Below, piece by piece: positions 1 through 6,779 of a stretch of DNA of 32,000 nucleotides. How positions within the stretch are numbered: the stretch's first letter is position 1; every line of letters begins with the position of its first letter. Below the pieces are notes generated by a model, which was given only the letters and a program-made list of their open reading frames with translations, ran no database searches and was not told the DNA's origin. The DNA is taken from NCBI GenBank assembly GCA_964543385.1, contig CAZIYE010000001.1, positions 210,001-242,000 of the forward strand, given 5' to 3'. The DNA is from an uncultured Candidatus Saccharibacteria bacterium. Lineage in GTDB: Bacteria > Patescibacteriota > UBA1384 > XYA2-FULL-43-10 > 1-14-0-10-43-13. A program made the translations under genes and the position numbers.

Positions 1-1860
1 TATGTCTGCATCATATTGATCTTTACCAGCGACGGCAAGTTGTAAAGTTTTTCCAGACAGGACAATTGGATTTTCTGGAGTCACAATTAGATTAGTTAAA
101 GCTGACATGGAATCCTTAATCTCTGTAATTGTGTCATCGTTTTCTTTGATTAGATAGAAATTGCCTCCAACATTTACATTTGATGCCACAATATCCTTGT
201 AATACGGAATTGTTATACGAACATTTTCCCGATTTTGTCTTGGGGAATGTGTATAAACTAGCCATTCCCTATTTCCATCTGAACCTTTTGTGAGAGCCAT
301 AGAAAAAACTTTTATCTCAGCATTAGTAGTTGTATCGAAGGTCGTCGGATCCAAATCTGTATTCAAGAAAAACCAGCGCCCGATGCCATAGCGTGATTTA
401 ATATCAGCATCTAAATAGCCGCTAGCGACTCCCGATCCAGCCTGATAAGGATGTTGACCGTTGGGATTTTCCACTAGATTGCCATTTTGCCAAAAATCAG
501 TCAGCACTGGTTGCCTATGGACTCTGTCAACTGCATTCATGAGAGCATAGTAATAATCTTTTTGACTATCCCAGGTCTCCAAGTTATTTCGGAATTCTCT
601 TACTGAGTATGGCCTCGTTAACCACATGCCATATTGAACCATACCAGCATAGCGCTCCGGAGACCAAGGATAACCAGTCAGAGCAAAAGCAGCTCTTTTA
701 TCGCAACATTGAGATATGTTAGCCAGTGAAGAACAATACGTCGCTACATCGCAACTTGGCTCATAGCCATCCCAGGTAGAAAGCTCAAACAAAAAATCAG
801 ATTTGCGTTGACGTGTTTCTTCATTCATAAAGACCCAGTTCATTGCCTCAAGCTGTGGACTGATCACACGCCAATCAGTGACATGTTCAAATGTTGCCAG
901 ATAGTAATCCGGAGATGCTCCATCCCAAGCATATGGAAAAGCCGATGTCCGAGGCACTGTATCATTGTATTTCGCAAACAAGTCAGTTGGATTCGAATAG
1001 GTTGTAATAGTAGATGTTCCGGTATTCCAATTATTATCATTGAGTCTAAATGCCGACCATTGGAAAGCCCCAAAACCAACGAATTTTATATTTCTTTTCC
1101 AATAAGCATTTAGATCGTCACGCCAGCCCGAAAAAAGAGCACTGAATCTTTCTATGAAACCATCACCAACCAAACGATTACGATAATTTATTTTTTCAGC
1201 ATATGCCATTCCCGCTTCACTCGCGCTATGTAAATCAGTGTATCGCTTTGAAATATCTGCTGAAGATGCTCTCAAAAGAGACCCTTCGTTGTTACCTGCA
1301 ATGTAAATATCTGGAGGATCAGGATAAACCTCCTGGAAAAATTTCATTGCTTTGGTATTGGCTTTGTCGGCACCAAGTTGACGCCATAAATCAATTTGTG
1401 ATTGCGGCCCGAAAGCATCAACATAATCTGTAGTTTTCCCATCTTGTCCAATCACCGATGGATTAGAACTTTCCATTACAGACGATCCCGTGAAATTGCC
1501 GCTACCGTCTGTATCAATGGTTGAGAAAGGAGGTTTTAGAAAAGTAGCACTTTCCCATTGGGTCTCATTGAAAGTCAAAGGAAGATTGAGTGCTCTCGCT
1601 CTCAATATGTCCTTGATGTTGTAATTTGTTCCCGTCGGTTTATCAAAGACGAAGCCTGGAATGATGTGGTGACCACGATCGATAAGATCAATTTGTTGTT
1701 TCGAAAAAGTTGACGACCAGTGCTGCAAATATGGCAAAGGCCGACTTGAACCATCAACAACTATGACATCTGCTTTATTTTTGGGAATAAAGTATATAAA
1801 AATGCCAACAACAACCAAAAAAAGAGCAACGGATAAAAAAGCTGATACTTTTCTTTTCAT
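1..1860 (-). CDS. Hypothetical exported or membrane-anchored protein; the C-terminal end runs off the left edge (620 codons visible)
   Basis: Absent from the ORF track because it is open to the window edge. There is a reverse-strand ATG at 1858-1860. My hand translation (MKRKVSAFLSVALFLVVVGIFIYFIPKNKADVIVVDG...) stays open for all 620 codons down to position 1. The N-terminus has basic residues followed by a hydrophobic stretch, which fits a signal anchor. The last visible residues (LIVTPENPIVLSGKTLQLAVAGKDQYDADI) resemble the start of a bacterial Ig-like (Big_2-type) repeat. I recognise no family for the body. Confidence 0.8.
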   Translation of the reverse strand, partial: MKRKVSAFLSVALFLVVVGIFIYFIPKNKADVIVVDGSSRPLPYLQHWSSTFSKQQIDLIDRGHHIIPGFVFDKPTGTNYNIKDILRARALNLPLTFNETQWESATFLKPPFSTIDTDGSGNFTGSSVMESSNPSVIGQDGKTTDYVDAFGPQSQIDLWRQLGADKANTKAMKFFQEVYPDPPDIYIAGNNEGSLLRASSADISKRYTDLHSASEAGMAYAEKINYRNRLVGDGFIERFSALFSGWRDDLNAYWKRNIKFVGFGAFQWSAFRLNDNNWNTGTSTITTYSNPTDLFAKYNDTVPRTSAFPYAWDGASPDYYLATFEHVTDWRVISPQLEAMNWVFMNEETRQRKSDFLFELSTWDGYEPSCDVATYCSSLANISQCCDKRAAFALTGYPWSPERYAGMVQYGMWLTRPYSVREFRNNLETWDSQKDYYYALMNAVDRVHRQPVLTDFWQNGNLVENPNGQHPYQAGSGVASGYLDADIKSRYGIGRWFFLNTDLDPTTFDTTTNAEIKVFSMALTKGSDGNREWLVYTHSPRQNRENVRITIPYYKDIVASNVNVGGNFYLIKENDDTITEIKDSMSALTNLIVTPENPIVLSGKTLQLAVAGKDQYDADI

Positions 1861-1974
1861 AGCTTTATTGTAATACCAAAAAAGAACAATTGCTAGTATT
1901 GTCAAGCTTATCGCCTGAAACACAACTGAAAATCACAAGATTATTAAAGATTCGTTTGATGTTGTATAAATAAT

Positions 1975-2003
1975 AAAAAATCTAGTTTTAAACTAGATTT
2001 TTT
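1975..2003. terminator. Symmetric intrinsic terminator after tRNA-Trp
   Basis: The layout is A6, then stem tctagttt/aaactaga, then T6. On the minus strand it lies immediately 3' of tRNA-Trp and would end the tRNA/rpmG transcription unit. Confidence 0.6.
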
Positions 2004-2004
2004 A

Positions 2005-2078
2005 TGGCAGGGGCTAGAGGAATCGAACCCCTAACAAAGGTTTTGGAGACCTCCGTTATACCATTTAACTAAGCCCCT
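2005..2078 (-). tRNA. tRNA-Trp (anticodon CCA), CCA end encoded
   Basis: The reverse complement aggggct-ta-gtta-aatggta-taac-g-gaggt-ctCCAaa-acctt-tgtt-agggg-ttcgatt-cctct-agcccct-g-cca folds as a full cloverleaf. Confidence 0.93.
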
Positions 2079-2084
2079 ATTTTC

Positions 2085-2153
2085 AAGCAATAAGCTTGTA
2101 AGCAGTAAGAATTAAGCCTTATTGTCTGCTTATTACTTACTAGCTTACCGCTT
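2085..2153 (-). other. Long imperfect hairpin in the rpmG to tRNA-Trp spacer
   Basis: 2085-2097 pairs with 2141-2153 (12 bp), and 2099-2105 pairs with 2126-2132 (7 bp). The two non-Watson-Crick positions (2089/2149 and 2090/2148) are C-A on the plus strand but G-U wobbles on the minus-strand RNA. Confidence 0.5.
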
Positions 2154-2165
2154 ACTACTCGATAA

Positions 2166-2333
2166 TTATTTTGTTTCTTTGTGAAGAGTCTTTTTCTTGC
2201 AGCTCTTACAATATTTCTCAAGCTCTATGCGCTTGATCACATCTTGACCTTTCAGTCTTTTCTCAGTGTGATAATTTCGGCTTTTACAGACTTCACATTC
2301 TAGAGTAACAAGTTTTCTTGCATCTTTTGCCAT
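2166..2333 (-). CDS. rpmG: 50S ribosomal protein L33
   Basis: 55 aa, below the ORF-track cutoff. Hand translation: [55 protein letters not shown]. It shows the typical L33 length, two CxxC pairs and the KN/YxT..K core. TAA stop at 2166-2168. Confidence 0.9.
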   Translation of the reverse strand: MAKDARKLVTLECEVCKSRNYHTEKRLKGQDVIKRIELEKYCKSCKKKTLHKETK

Positions 2334-2372
2334 AGTGGAATTTCCTAAGTTATTCGTTTGCTTATTATTTCA

Positions 2373-2447
2373 TGGAGCCACCTGTCGGATTTGAACCGAC
2401 AACCTACTGTTTACAAAACAGTTGCTCTACCGTTGAGCTAAGGTGGC
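2373..2447 (-). tRNA. tRNA-Thr (anticodon TGT), CCA end encoded
   Basis: The reverse complement gccacct-ta-gctc-aacggta-gagc-a-actgt-ttTGTaa-acagt-aggtt-gtcgg-ttcaaat-ccgac-aggtggc-t-cca folds as a complete cloverleaf. Confidence 0.93.
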
Positions 2448-2448
2448 A

Positions 2449-2534
2449 TGGTGCTGGGAGAAGGATTCGAACCTACGAAGGCATAAGCCGCCTGATTTAC
2501 AGTCAGGTGCATTTGACCGCTTTGCTATCCCAGC
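2449..2534 (-). tRNA. tRNA-Tyr (anticodon GTA), long variable arm, CCA end encoded
   Basis: Reverse complement: gctggga...cctga-ctGTAaa-tcagg-cggcttatgccttcg-(T arm ttcgaat)-tcccagc-a-cca. It has the class II long variable arm typical of bacterial tRNA-Tyr. Only 1 nt separates it from tRNA-Thr(TGT). Confidence 0.9.
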
Positions 2535-2569
2535 ATAAAACTTGTTAAATAACAATTAAATTCTCGATT

Positions 2570-2598
2570 ATTATAACAAAATAATCTCATCTAATCAA
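2570..2598 (-). promoter_or_regulatory. Candidate sigma70-type promoter in front of tRNA-Tyr
   Basis: The minus strand reads TTGATT (2598-2593), a 17-nt spacer, then TATAAT (2575-2570), about 35 nt upstream of the tRNA-Tyr 5' end. In AT-rich DNA such matches can arise by chance. Confidence 0.4.
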
Positions 2599-2630
2599 TA
2601 AATAAAAAATGGAGCCGATGACCGGAATTG

Positions 2631-2661
2631 CCCGTCTCGCCTTTGGCGTAGCCGAGGCGGA
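2631..2661 (-). other. 31-nt GC-rich hairpin insertion in the T loop of the outer tRNA (between positions 55 and 56)
   Basis: Removing 2631-2661 restores the T loop ttcaatt of the inner tRNA exactly. RNA sense is UCCGCCUCGGCUACGCCAAAGGCGAGACGGG, containing a CGCC-AAA-GGCG hairpin and outer CCGCCUC/GAGACGG pairing with 1 mismatch. Confidence 0.6.
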
Positions 2662-2677
2662 AACCGGTGACCTACTC

Positions 2678-2727
2678 TCCCGATGTTTCTATCGGGATCC
2701 CGATCCCAGTTTCCATGGGCATCGGGA
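2678..2727 (-). other. 50-nt double-hairpin insertion in the 3' strand of the outer tRNA anticodon stem
   Basis: RNA sense is UCCCGAUGCCCAUGGAAACUGGGAUCGGGA followed by UCCCGAUAGAAACAUCGGGA. Each module is closed by a 7-bp UCCCGAU/AUCGGGA clamp. Removing it restores ggagt opposite actcc. Confidence 0.6.
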
Positions 2728-2731
2728 CTTA

Positions 2732-2847
2732 CTACTAACACTATTCGTCTGGAGCCGTTGACCGGAATTGAACCGGTGACCTACTCCTTACCATGGAGTT
2801 GCTCTACCAACTGAGCTACAACGGCACCTGACGAATAGTAATAATAA
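2732..2847 (-). repeat. Inverted repeat forming an 18-bp helix that encloses tRNA-Thr(GGT)
   Basis: 2732-2749 pairs with 2830-2847. Ten consecutive Watson-Crick pairs are formed by ctattcgtc plus its 5' neighbour a (2740-2749) against gacgaatagt (2830-2839). The helix then extends with 1 mismatch (2738/2841). Three positions (2739/2840, 2735/2844, 2732/2847) are C-A on the plus strand but G-U wobbles on the minus-strand RNA. Confidence 0.75.
2750..2825 (-). tRNA. tRNA-Thr (anticodon GGT), CCA end encoded; nested inside the outer tRNA-like gene
   Basis: The reverse complement gccgttg-ta-gctc-agttggta-gagc-a-actcc-atGGTaa-ggagt-aggtc-accgg-ttcaatt-ccggt-caacggc-t-cca is a perfect 76-nt cloverleaf. 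Confidence 0.93.
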
Positions 2848-2870
2848 ATGGAGTTGCTCTACCAACTGAG

Positions 2871-2926
2871 TCCCGAGTCTCGCTTGAAGCTCGCTCGGGA
2901 TCCCGGCAACCGAAGGTTAGTCGGGA
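2871..2926 (-). other. 56-nt double-hairpin insertion in the D stem of the outer tRNA (between positions 10 and 11)
   Basis: RNA sense is UCCCGACUAACCUUCGGUUGCCGGGA followed by UCCCGAGCGAGCUUCAAGCGAGACUCGGGA. The first module contains AACC-UUCG-GGUU, a cUUCGg tetraloop that exists only on the minus-strand reading. Removing it restores ctgag|ctaca as in the inner tRNA. Confidence 0.6.
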
Positions 2927-2958
2927 CTACATCGGCATCACCTATTATTAACGAAAAG

Positions 2959-2987
2959 ATCATACCATTTATTAGAGTCGAGTTCAA
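2959..2987 (-). promoter_or_regulatory. Candidate sigma70-type promoter of the tRNA/rpmG operon
   Basis: The minus strand reads TTGAAC (2987-2982), a 17-nt spacer, then TATGAT (2964-2959). The outer tRNA 5' end (2936) lies about 22 nt downstream. Confidence 0.5.
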
Positions 2988-3021
2988 CAATAAATCTTCA
3001 CTTAAGGTAAAGCTACCAGAA

Positions 3022-3756
3022 CTATTTATATCTAGAATACATCGAATGAGTTTTTTGCTTGTCCTCTGCCTCGGAAGCTAATTCTCGGTATTCTTTATTA
3101 TCAATATCTAAACTGGCAGCTCTTTTTAAAACCTTGGCCGCTTTTGCATATTGCCGGACCTGCATATAGGCCTTGCCCAGATCTGCATACCAGTCCGGAT
3201 TACCCTTTTCTAGGATTATAGCTTTTTGCAGATTATCAATTGCACCGCTTAAATTTTCATTGCCAACTTCCACTTTACCTAGACCATAATATGCTTCCCC
3301 TAATTCTTTATCACATTTGAGAGCGGTCTTAAATGCTTCCTTTGCATCAGCAAATTGGCCGCGGGTAAAAGCAATTTTTCCTATCAAAAGATATGCTTCC
3401 GCGCATCTTTTATCTTTGCCGATCACTTCGATGGCCTTGTCTTCGGCGTCTCTCAAATCATTAGCTAAAAATGATTCGTTTGCGAGGTGTAGCATCCTAG
3501 CATCTTCTGGATCATCGACTTTGAAATTAGATATTGCCGCTTCCACTTCAACAGGAGCAACAACATTGTTATTTTTTTCAATTTCAGCCTGAATAGCCTT
3601 CACTTCACTCTTTTGCATACCGCGAGCGAATTCAGCAAAAAAAGACTTAAATTTAGCAGAATTAAAATAGCCAGACAAAGTATGAGCATCCGGATAATGC
3701 CGCAACAGCAAGAATAATGCTATGGCCAAACAAATTATTATAATGATTTCTAGCAA
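3022..3756 (-). CDS. Membrane-anchored TPR-repeat protein
   Basis: 244-aa ORF. It has an N-terminal hydrophobic helix (MLEIIIIICLAIALFLLL). The C-terminal half carries several 34-aa TPR-like units (AEAYLLIGKIAFTRGQFADAKEAFKTALKCD, GEAYYGLGKV..., PDWYADLGKAYMQVRQYAKAAKVLKRA). It overlaps the upstream gene by 7 nt, suggesting translational coupling. Confidence 0.8.
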   Translation of the reverse strand: MLEIIIIICLAIALFLLLRHYPDAHTLSGYFNSAKFKSFFAEFARGMQKSEVKAIQAEIEKNNNVVAPVEVEAAISNFKVDDPEDARMLHLANESFLANDLRDAEDKAIEVIGKDKRCAEAYLLIGKIAFTRGQFADAKEAFKTALKCDKELGEAYYGLGKVEVGNENLSGAIDNLQKAIILEKGNPDWYADLGKAYMQVRQYAKAAKVLKRAASLDIDNKEYRELASEAEDKQKTHSMYSRYK

Positions 3757-4547
3757 TCTACCTCCAAATAAGTTTTGTCTTTTAGTTCTACAGTCACTTT
3801 ATTCTTCAAAATACATTGATTAACTACTATGCCTTCACCTTTTGTGGTTTTCATCGAAGTGCCAACTGAGGGCATTTTGTTCTTCGCCTTCTTATAAAAA
3901 TCCAATTCATATTTAAGACAACACATAAGTTTTCCGCAAGCTCCAGTAACCCTGTTTGACCCCATCTGACCAATATTTTGGTCATAGGCCATATCAATAG
4001 AAACACACTCTAATTCGCCTTTTAAGAACCTATTGCAGCAAAAACCCTGGCCACAACGCCCAACTCCTCCAGTACATCGAGCTCTGTCCCTAGCTCCGAC
4101 TTGTTGTAGTCTGATCAATTTTTGAAAAGATGATGCCAACTCTGATACCAGTGTTCGAAAGTCAACCCGACCAGGAGCAGTAAAATAGAATGTTAGCTTC
4201 TTTCCGTCAAAAGAAAGATCCGAATCAAGAAGTTCCATCGGAAGTTTATGTTTTTCAATTATTTCCTGACATTTGCCGATGAATGATCTGGCTTCTTTCC
4301 CTTTATCATCGTCAATTTGCTTGTCTTTATCATTCATCCGCCGAATCAAAACTGCAACTTTTTCTCCTGTCTCTCTAACGAAATTATCATCATTTTTGAC
4401 TTCCTCTTCACGAACCACTTTGGCGACTTCCTGGCATTGATCCGATTCAAATATAACCATGCTTTCAGCATCCAAGTCAAAATTACCCCTATCAACAGCA
4501 TGTATTTTGTTATCACTTCTAGATTTTATAAAGATTTTATCTTTCAT
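3750..4547 (-). CDS. PSP1 domain protein (RicT/YaaT family)
   Basis: 265 aa. It has the Cys-rich PSP1 signature (CTGGVGRCGQGFCCNRFL ... GACGKLMCCLKYE) and the conserved position immediately downstream of holB. Confidence 0.85.
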   Translation of the reverse strand: MKDKIFIKSRSDNKIHAVDRGNFDLDAESMVIFESDQCQEVAKVVREEEVKNDDNFVRETGEKVAVLIRRMNDKDKQIDDDKGKEARSFIGKCQEIIEKHKLPMELLDSDLSFDGKKLTFYFTAPGRVDFRTLVSELASSFQKLIRLQQVGARDRARCTGGVGRCGQGFCCNRFLKGELECVSIDMAYDQNIGQMGSNRVTGACGKLMCCLKYELDFYKKAKNKMPSVGTSMKTTKGEGIVVNQCILKNKVTVELKDKTYLEVDC

Positions 4548-5244
4548 AGTCTTCTTTTATAAATAAAATTAAATTCTCAAGAGCTAATCGCTGATTGGCA
4601 TTTCCGGCAATTCTCTTTTTGGCTTTGATTATCTTTTCTAAAATTATTGCTGATCTAATATCATATTCTTTTAGTAGTTTCTCCTCTAACTGCCATGTCC
4701 AATCATCTAATAAGTTAACTGCTTTATTGTCCTTTACTATCCCCTCAATTTTCTTAAACAACTGGAATAGCGGTAAGGCGGTAATATCATAGTATGAATA
4801 TGTAATACTTCTCATTTCTGGCTGATCATTTATCCTAACGATTCTACATCGTGATCTGATGGTCGAAATCACATTGCTGCTTCTTGCCGTCAATATAATT
4901 ATAACATTTTTTGGTGGCTCTTCTAGAGTCTTCAATAAGATATTTGAAGATGAATTATTTAGTCTATCAACTTGGTATATAATCCCAATACGTTTTCCAC
5001 CATGGCTTGACAATGAAATCTGATGGATGAACTCTCTGATTGCAGCCACCGATATCTCTCCGGATTTTCCTGTTTCATTGCTCGGTTCGATAATCGAAAT
5101 ATCTTCTACCAAACAACCAGATTTAGTTATCAGATTATCAATTTCCTTTTGAGCAGATTTCAGCCCCTGGGAAATAAAAAGATAAGCATGAGAAAAACTA
5201 TCTTTTTCTGGCTTATTTTTTAATGTTTCATCAATCTGCATCAA
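4537..5244 (-). CDS. holB: DNA polymerase III delta-prime subunit (short form)
   Basis: 235 aa. Motifs present: HAYLF, LLKTLEEPP and TIRSRC. It is followed by the PSP1 gene, as in many bacteria. Confidence 0.85.
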   Translation of the reverse strand: MMQIDETLKNKPEKDSFSHAYLFISQGLKSAQKEIDNLITKSGCLVEDISIIEPSNETGKSGEISVAAIREFIHQISLSSHGGKRIGIIYQVDRLNNSSSNILLKTLEEPPKNVIIILTARSSNVISTIRSRCRIVRINDQPEMRSITYSYYDITALPLFQLFKKIEGIVKDNKAVNLLDDWTWQLEEKLLKEYDIRSAIILEKIIKAKKRIAGNANQRLALENLILFIKEDYER

Positions 5245-5348
5245 TCTAAATCTAGCAGAGAGATCGTCCGTTTACAATATGACCCCTTTTACTAGAAAAA
5301 AATACCAAAAAGTAGTATATTAATTAGTAATAGAATCGAAAGGTAAAA

Positions 5349-5690
5349 ATGGTAAAAGTCAATATTGAAGACCTTGAAGATAAGTCGCTCTTTTGCAAAG
5401 ATTGCGGAAGCAAATTTATTTGGACAGCTGGCGAACAAAAATTTTTTATAGAGAGAGGCCTCCAGAATATTCCCAAGCGCTGTAAGGTCTGTACCGCCAA
5501 GAATAGAGACAAACTCCGAGAAAAACACCCGATGTGGTGGATAAAATGCCAAAAGTGCGGCAAAAAAAATGAGGTTCCTTTTGAACCCCTTAGCGAGGAT
5601 GTATATTGCGAAGAGTGCTTTTTAAAAGAAATTGAGAAAAGAAATAAGAAAATATCAGATCTGGGCGAAACGATCCCGGAACAAAATTAA
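5349..5690 (+). CDS. Zinc-ribbon protein (CxxC...CxxC, zf-trcl-like probable zinc-binding domain)
   Basis: 113 aa. It contains CKDCGSKFIWTAGEQKFFIERGLQNIPKRCKVC and a second CxxC...CxxC unit (CQKCG...CEEC). An aaagg motif lies upstream of the ATG. Confidence 0.75.
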   Translation: MVKVNIEDLEDKSLFCKDCGSKFIWTAGEQKFFIERGLQNIPKRCKVCTAKNRDKLREKHPMWWIKCQKCGKKNEVPFEPLSEDVYCEECFLKEIEKRNKKISDLGETIPEQN

Positions 5691-5755
5691 GAATCGATTA
5701 ACTATCATTCCCCACCTAAACCCTAGATTGCGAATATTTTTTATTCTCAGTACGC

Positions 5756-5786
5756 AAAAATCCCGGCTCTCAAACTATAGGCCGGG
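5756..5786 (-). terminator. Intrinsic terminator downstream of rpmB
   Basis: Stem cccggc (5762-5767) pairs with gccggg (5781-5786). On the minus strand the hairpin is followed by AUUUUU. Confidence 0.6.
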
Positions 5787-5813
5787 ACGACAAATCAAAA
5801 TACTGCAGTACAG

Positions 5814-5966
5814 TTATTTCTTTATTGTCTTGAGACACCTAGTGCAAACCAAAACACCATTTACCTTTTGAAGGTTTGGTTTAAACTTTCTTTTTGTGTG
5901 GATTTGTGAGTGAGAAATCTGGTTACCCGCAACTGAACTTTTATAACATATGGCACATCTTCCCAT
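5814..5966 (-). CDS. rpmB: 50S ribosomal protein L28
   Basis: The track ORF 5814..6074 has an implausible N-terminal extension. The internal ATG at 5966 is preceded by AAGGAG. It gives MGRCAICYKSSVAGNQISHSQIHTKRKFKPNLQKV..., the L28 signature (GN.vSHS..tKR.f.PNLQ). Confidence 0.88.
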   Translation of the reverse strand: MGRCAICYKSSVAGNQISHSQIHTKRKFKPNLQKVNGVLVCTRCLKTIKK

Positions 5967-6077
5967 TTGTATTCTCCTTGAAAAAATGATTGGTAAAGAA
6001 CTAAACTTTTTGATAAAATATATAGAGTCTATCAAAGACTTAAATATTTTATCAGAATTAGTTAATTTAATCAACCC

Positions 6078-6758
6078 ATGTTTATATTATCTCTGCTACA
6101 ACAACAACTCAGTTTTAATGATCTCTTAATTGTCATCACTACTTATGTTGGGGGAATAATTGTAAGTATTGGTTTCCATGAGTTTGCACATGCTTATGTT
6201 GCTAATAGATGTGGCGATCCAACAGCAAGATATGAAGGCCGAATGACATTAAATCCCTTAGCCCATCTAGATATGGCTGGGACTTTTCTGCTCTTTCTTA
6301 TTGGATTTGGGTGGGGAAAACCAGTTCCTATTAATCCAAACAACTTTCGAGGCAAAAACGATAATCTGAAAGTTGCTTTCGCCGGAATTGTAGTCAATCT
6401 AATAACCGCTTTCCTTTTATCGATACCAAAATATATCGCCCTCGACCACGGCATTATGACCGACTCATCTATATGGCTATGGGCGCTAGATTCCCTAATC
6501 AATATCAATATTATACTAGCCGTTTTTAATTTACTGCCTGTGCCGCCCCTTGATGGATCACATCTTTTCGAAAACTTTCTCGACGAGGATACATATAAGA
6601 CTCTACAAAATATCGGCCCCACTATTCTAATGGGGGTTATTGTTCTGGGAGTAGTTACGGGACAATCAATTATCTGGAATTACTGGATTGATCCACTCTC
6701 AAGGGGAATATCTATAGTATTCTCTCAGATAATTCTTCCGATAATTAATATATTATAA
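6078..6758 (+). CDS. Site-2 protease family (M50) membrane zinc metalloprotease
   Basis: 226 aa and polytopic. It has the HEFAHAY (HExxH) motif and the second M50 motif NLLPVPPLDGSH. Confidence 0.85.
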   Translation: MFILSLLQQQLSFNDLLIVITTYVGGIIVSIGFHEFAHAYVANRCGDPTARYEGRMTLNPLAHLDMAGTFLLFLIGFGWGKPVPINPNNFRGKNDNLKVAFAGIVVNLITAFLLSIPKYIALDHGIMTDSSIWLWALDSLININIILAVFNLLPVPPLDGSHLFENFLDEDTYKTLQNIGPTILMGVIVLGVVTGQSIIWNYWIDPLSRGISIVFSQIILPIINIL

Positions 6759-6779
6759 TCTAAGTATACTCAGGATCCA

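Larger units (their letters stand above)
2610..2936 (-). tRNA. Interrupted tRNA-Thr-like gene (the outer tRNA) with four insertions, one of which carries the whole tRNA-Thr(GGT) gene
   Basis: Four minus-strand segments reassemble a cloverleaf. They are 2936-2927 (gccgatg ta g), 2870-2848 (ctc agttggta gagc a actcc at), 2732-2728 plus 2677-2662 (gtaa g|gagt aggtc accgg tt) and 2630-2610 (caatt ccggt catcggc t cca). The result is identical to the inner tRNA-Thr(GGT) except for a compensated acceptor pair and the anticodon. The acceptor stem gccgatg/catcggc is perfect and CCA is encoded. A TTGAAC-17-TATGAT promoter lies about 22 nt upstream. Whether it matures into a decoding tRNA is unknown. 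Confidence 0.6.

Noticed and set aside
2610-2936. Interpreting the tRNA interruptions as archaeal-type bulge-helix-bulge introns or as a group I intron
   Set aside because: The surrounding genes are bacterial. The insert boundaries do not form a 3-nt bulge / 4-bp helix / 3-nt bulge motif, because the inserts are side-by-side closed hairpins. At 31-114 nt they are far too short for a group I core. The removal mechanism, if any, is left open.
2848-3081. Track ORF (+, 77 aa) beginning MELLYQLSPESRLKLARDPG
   Set aside because: It is a read-through of the antisense of tRNA-like and hairpin sequence and of the end of the TPR gene. It has no RBS, and the region is fully explained by RNA features on the minus strand.
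5967-6074. N-terminal extension of the rpmB track ORF (MIKLTNSDKIF...), and similar extensions at 11369-11425, 13423-13464, 14010-14063 and 31603-31614
   Set aside because: In each case an internal ATG with a good Shine-Dalgarno sequence gives the family-typical or signal-anchor N-terminus. The extensions start at weak or non-ATG codons without an RBS.
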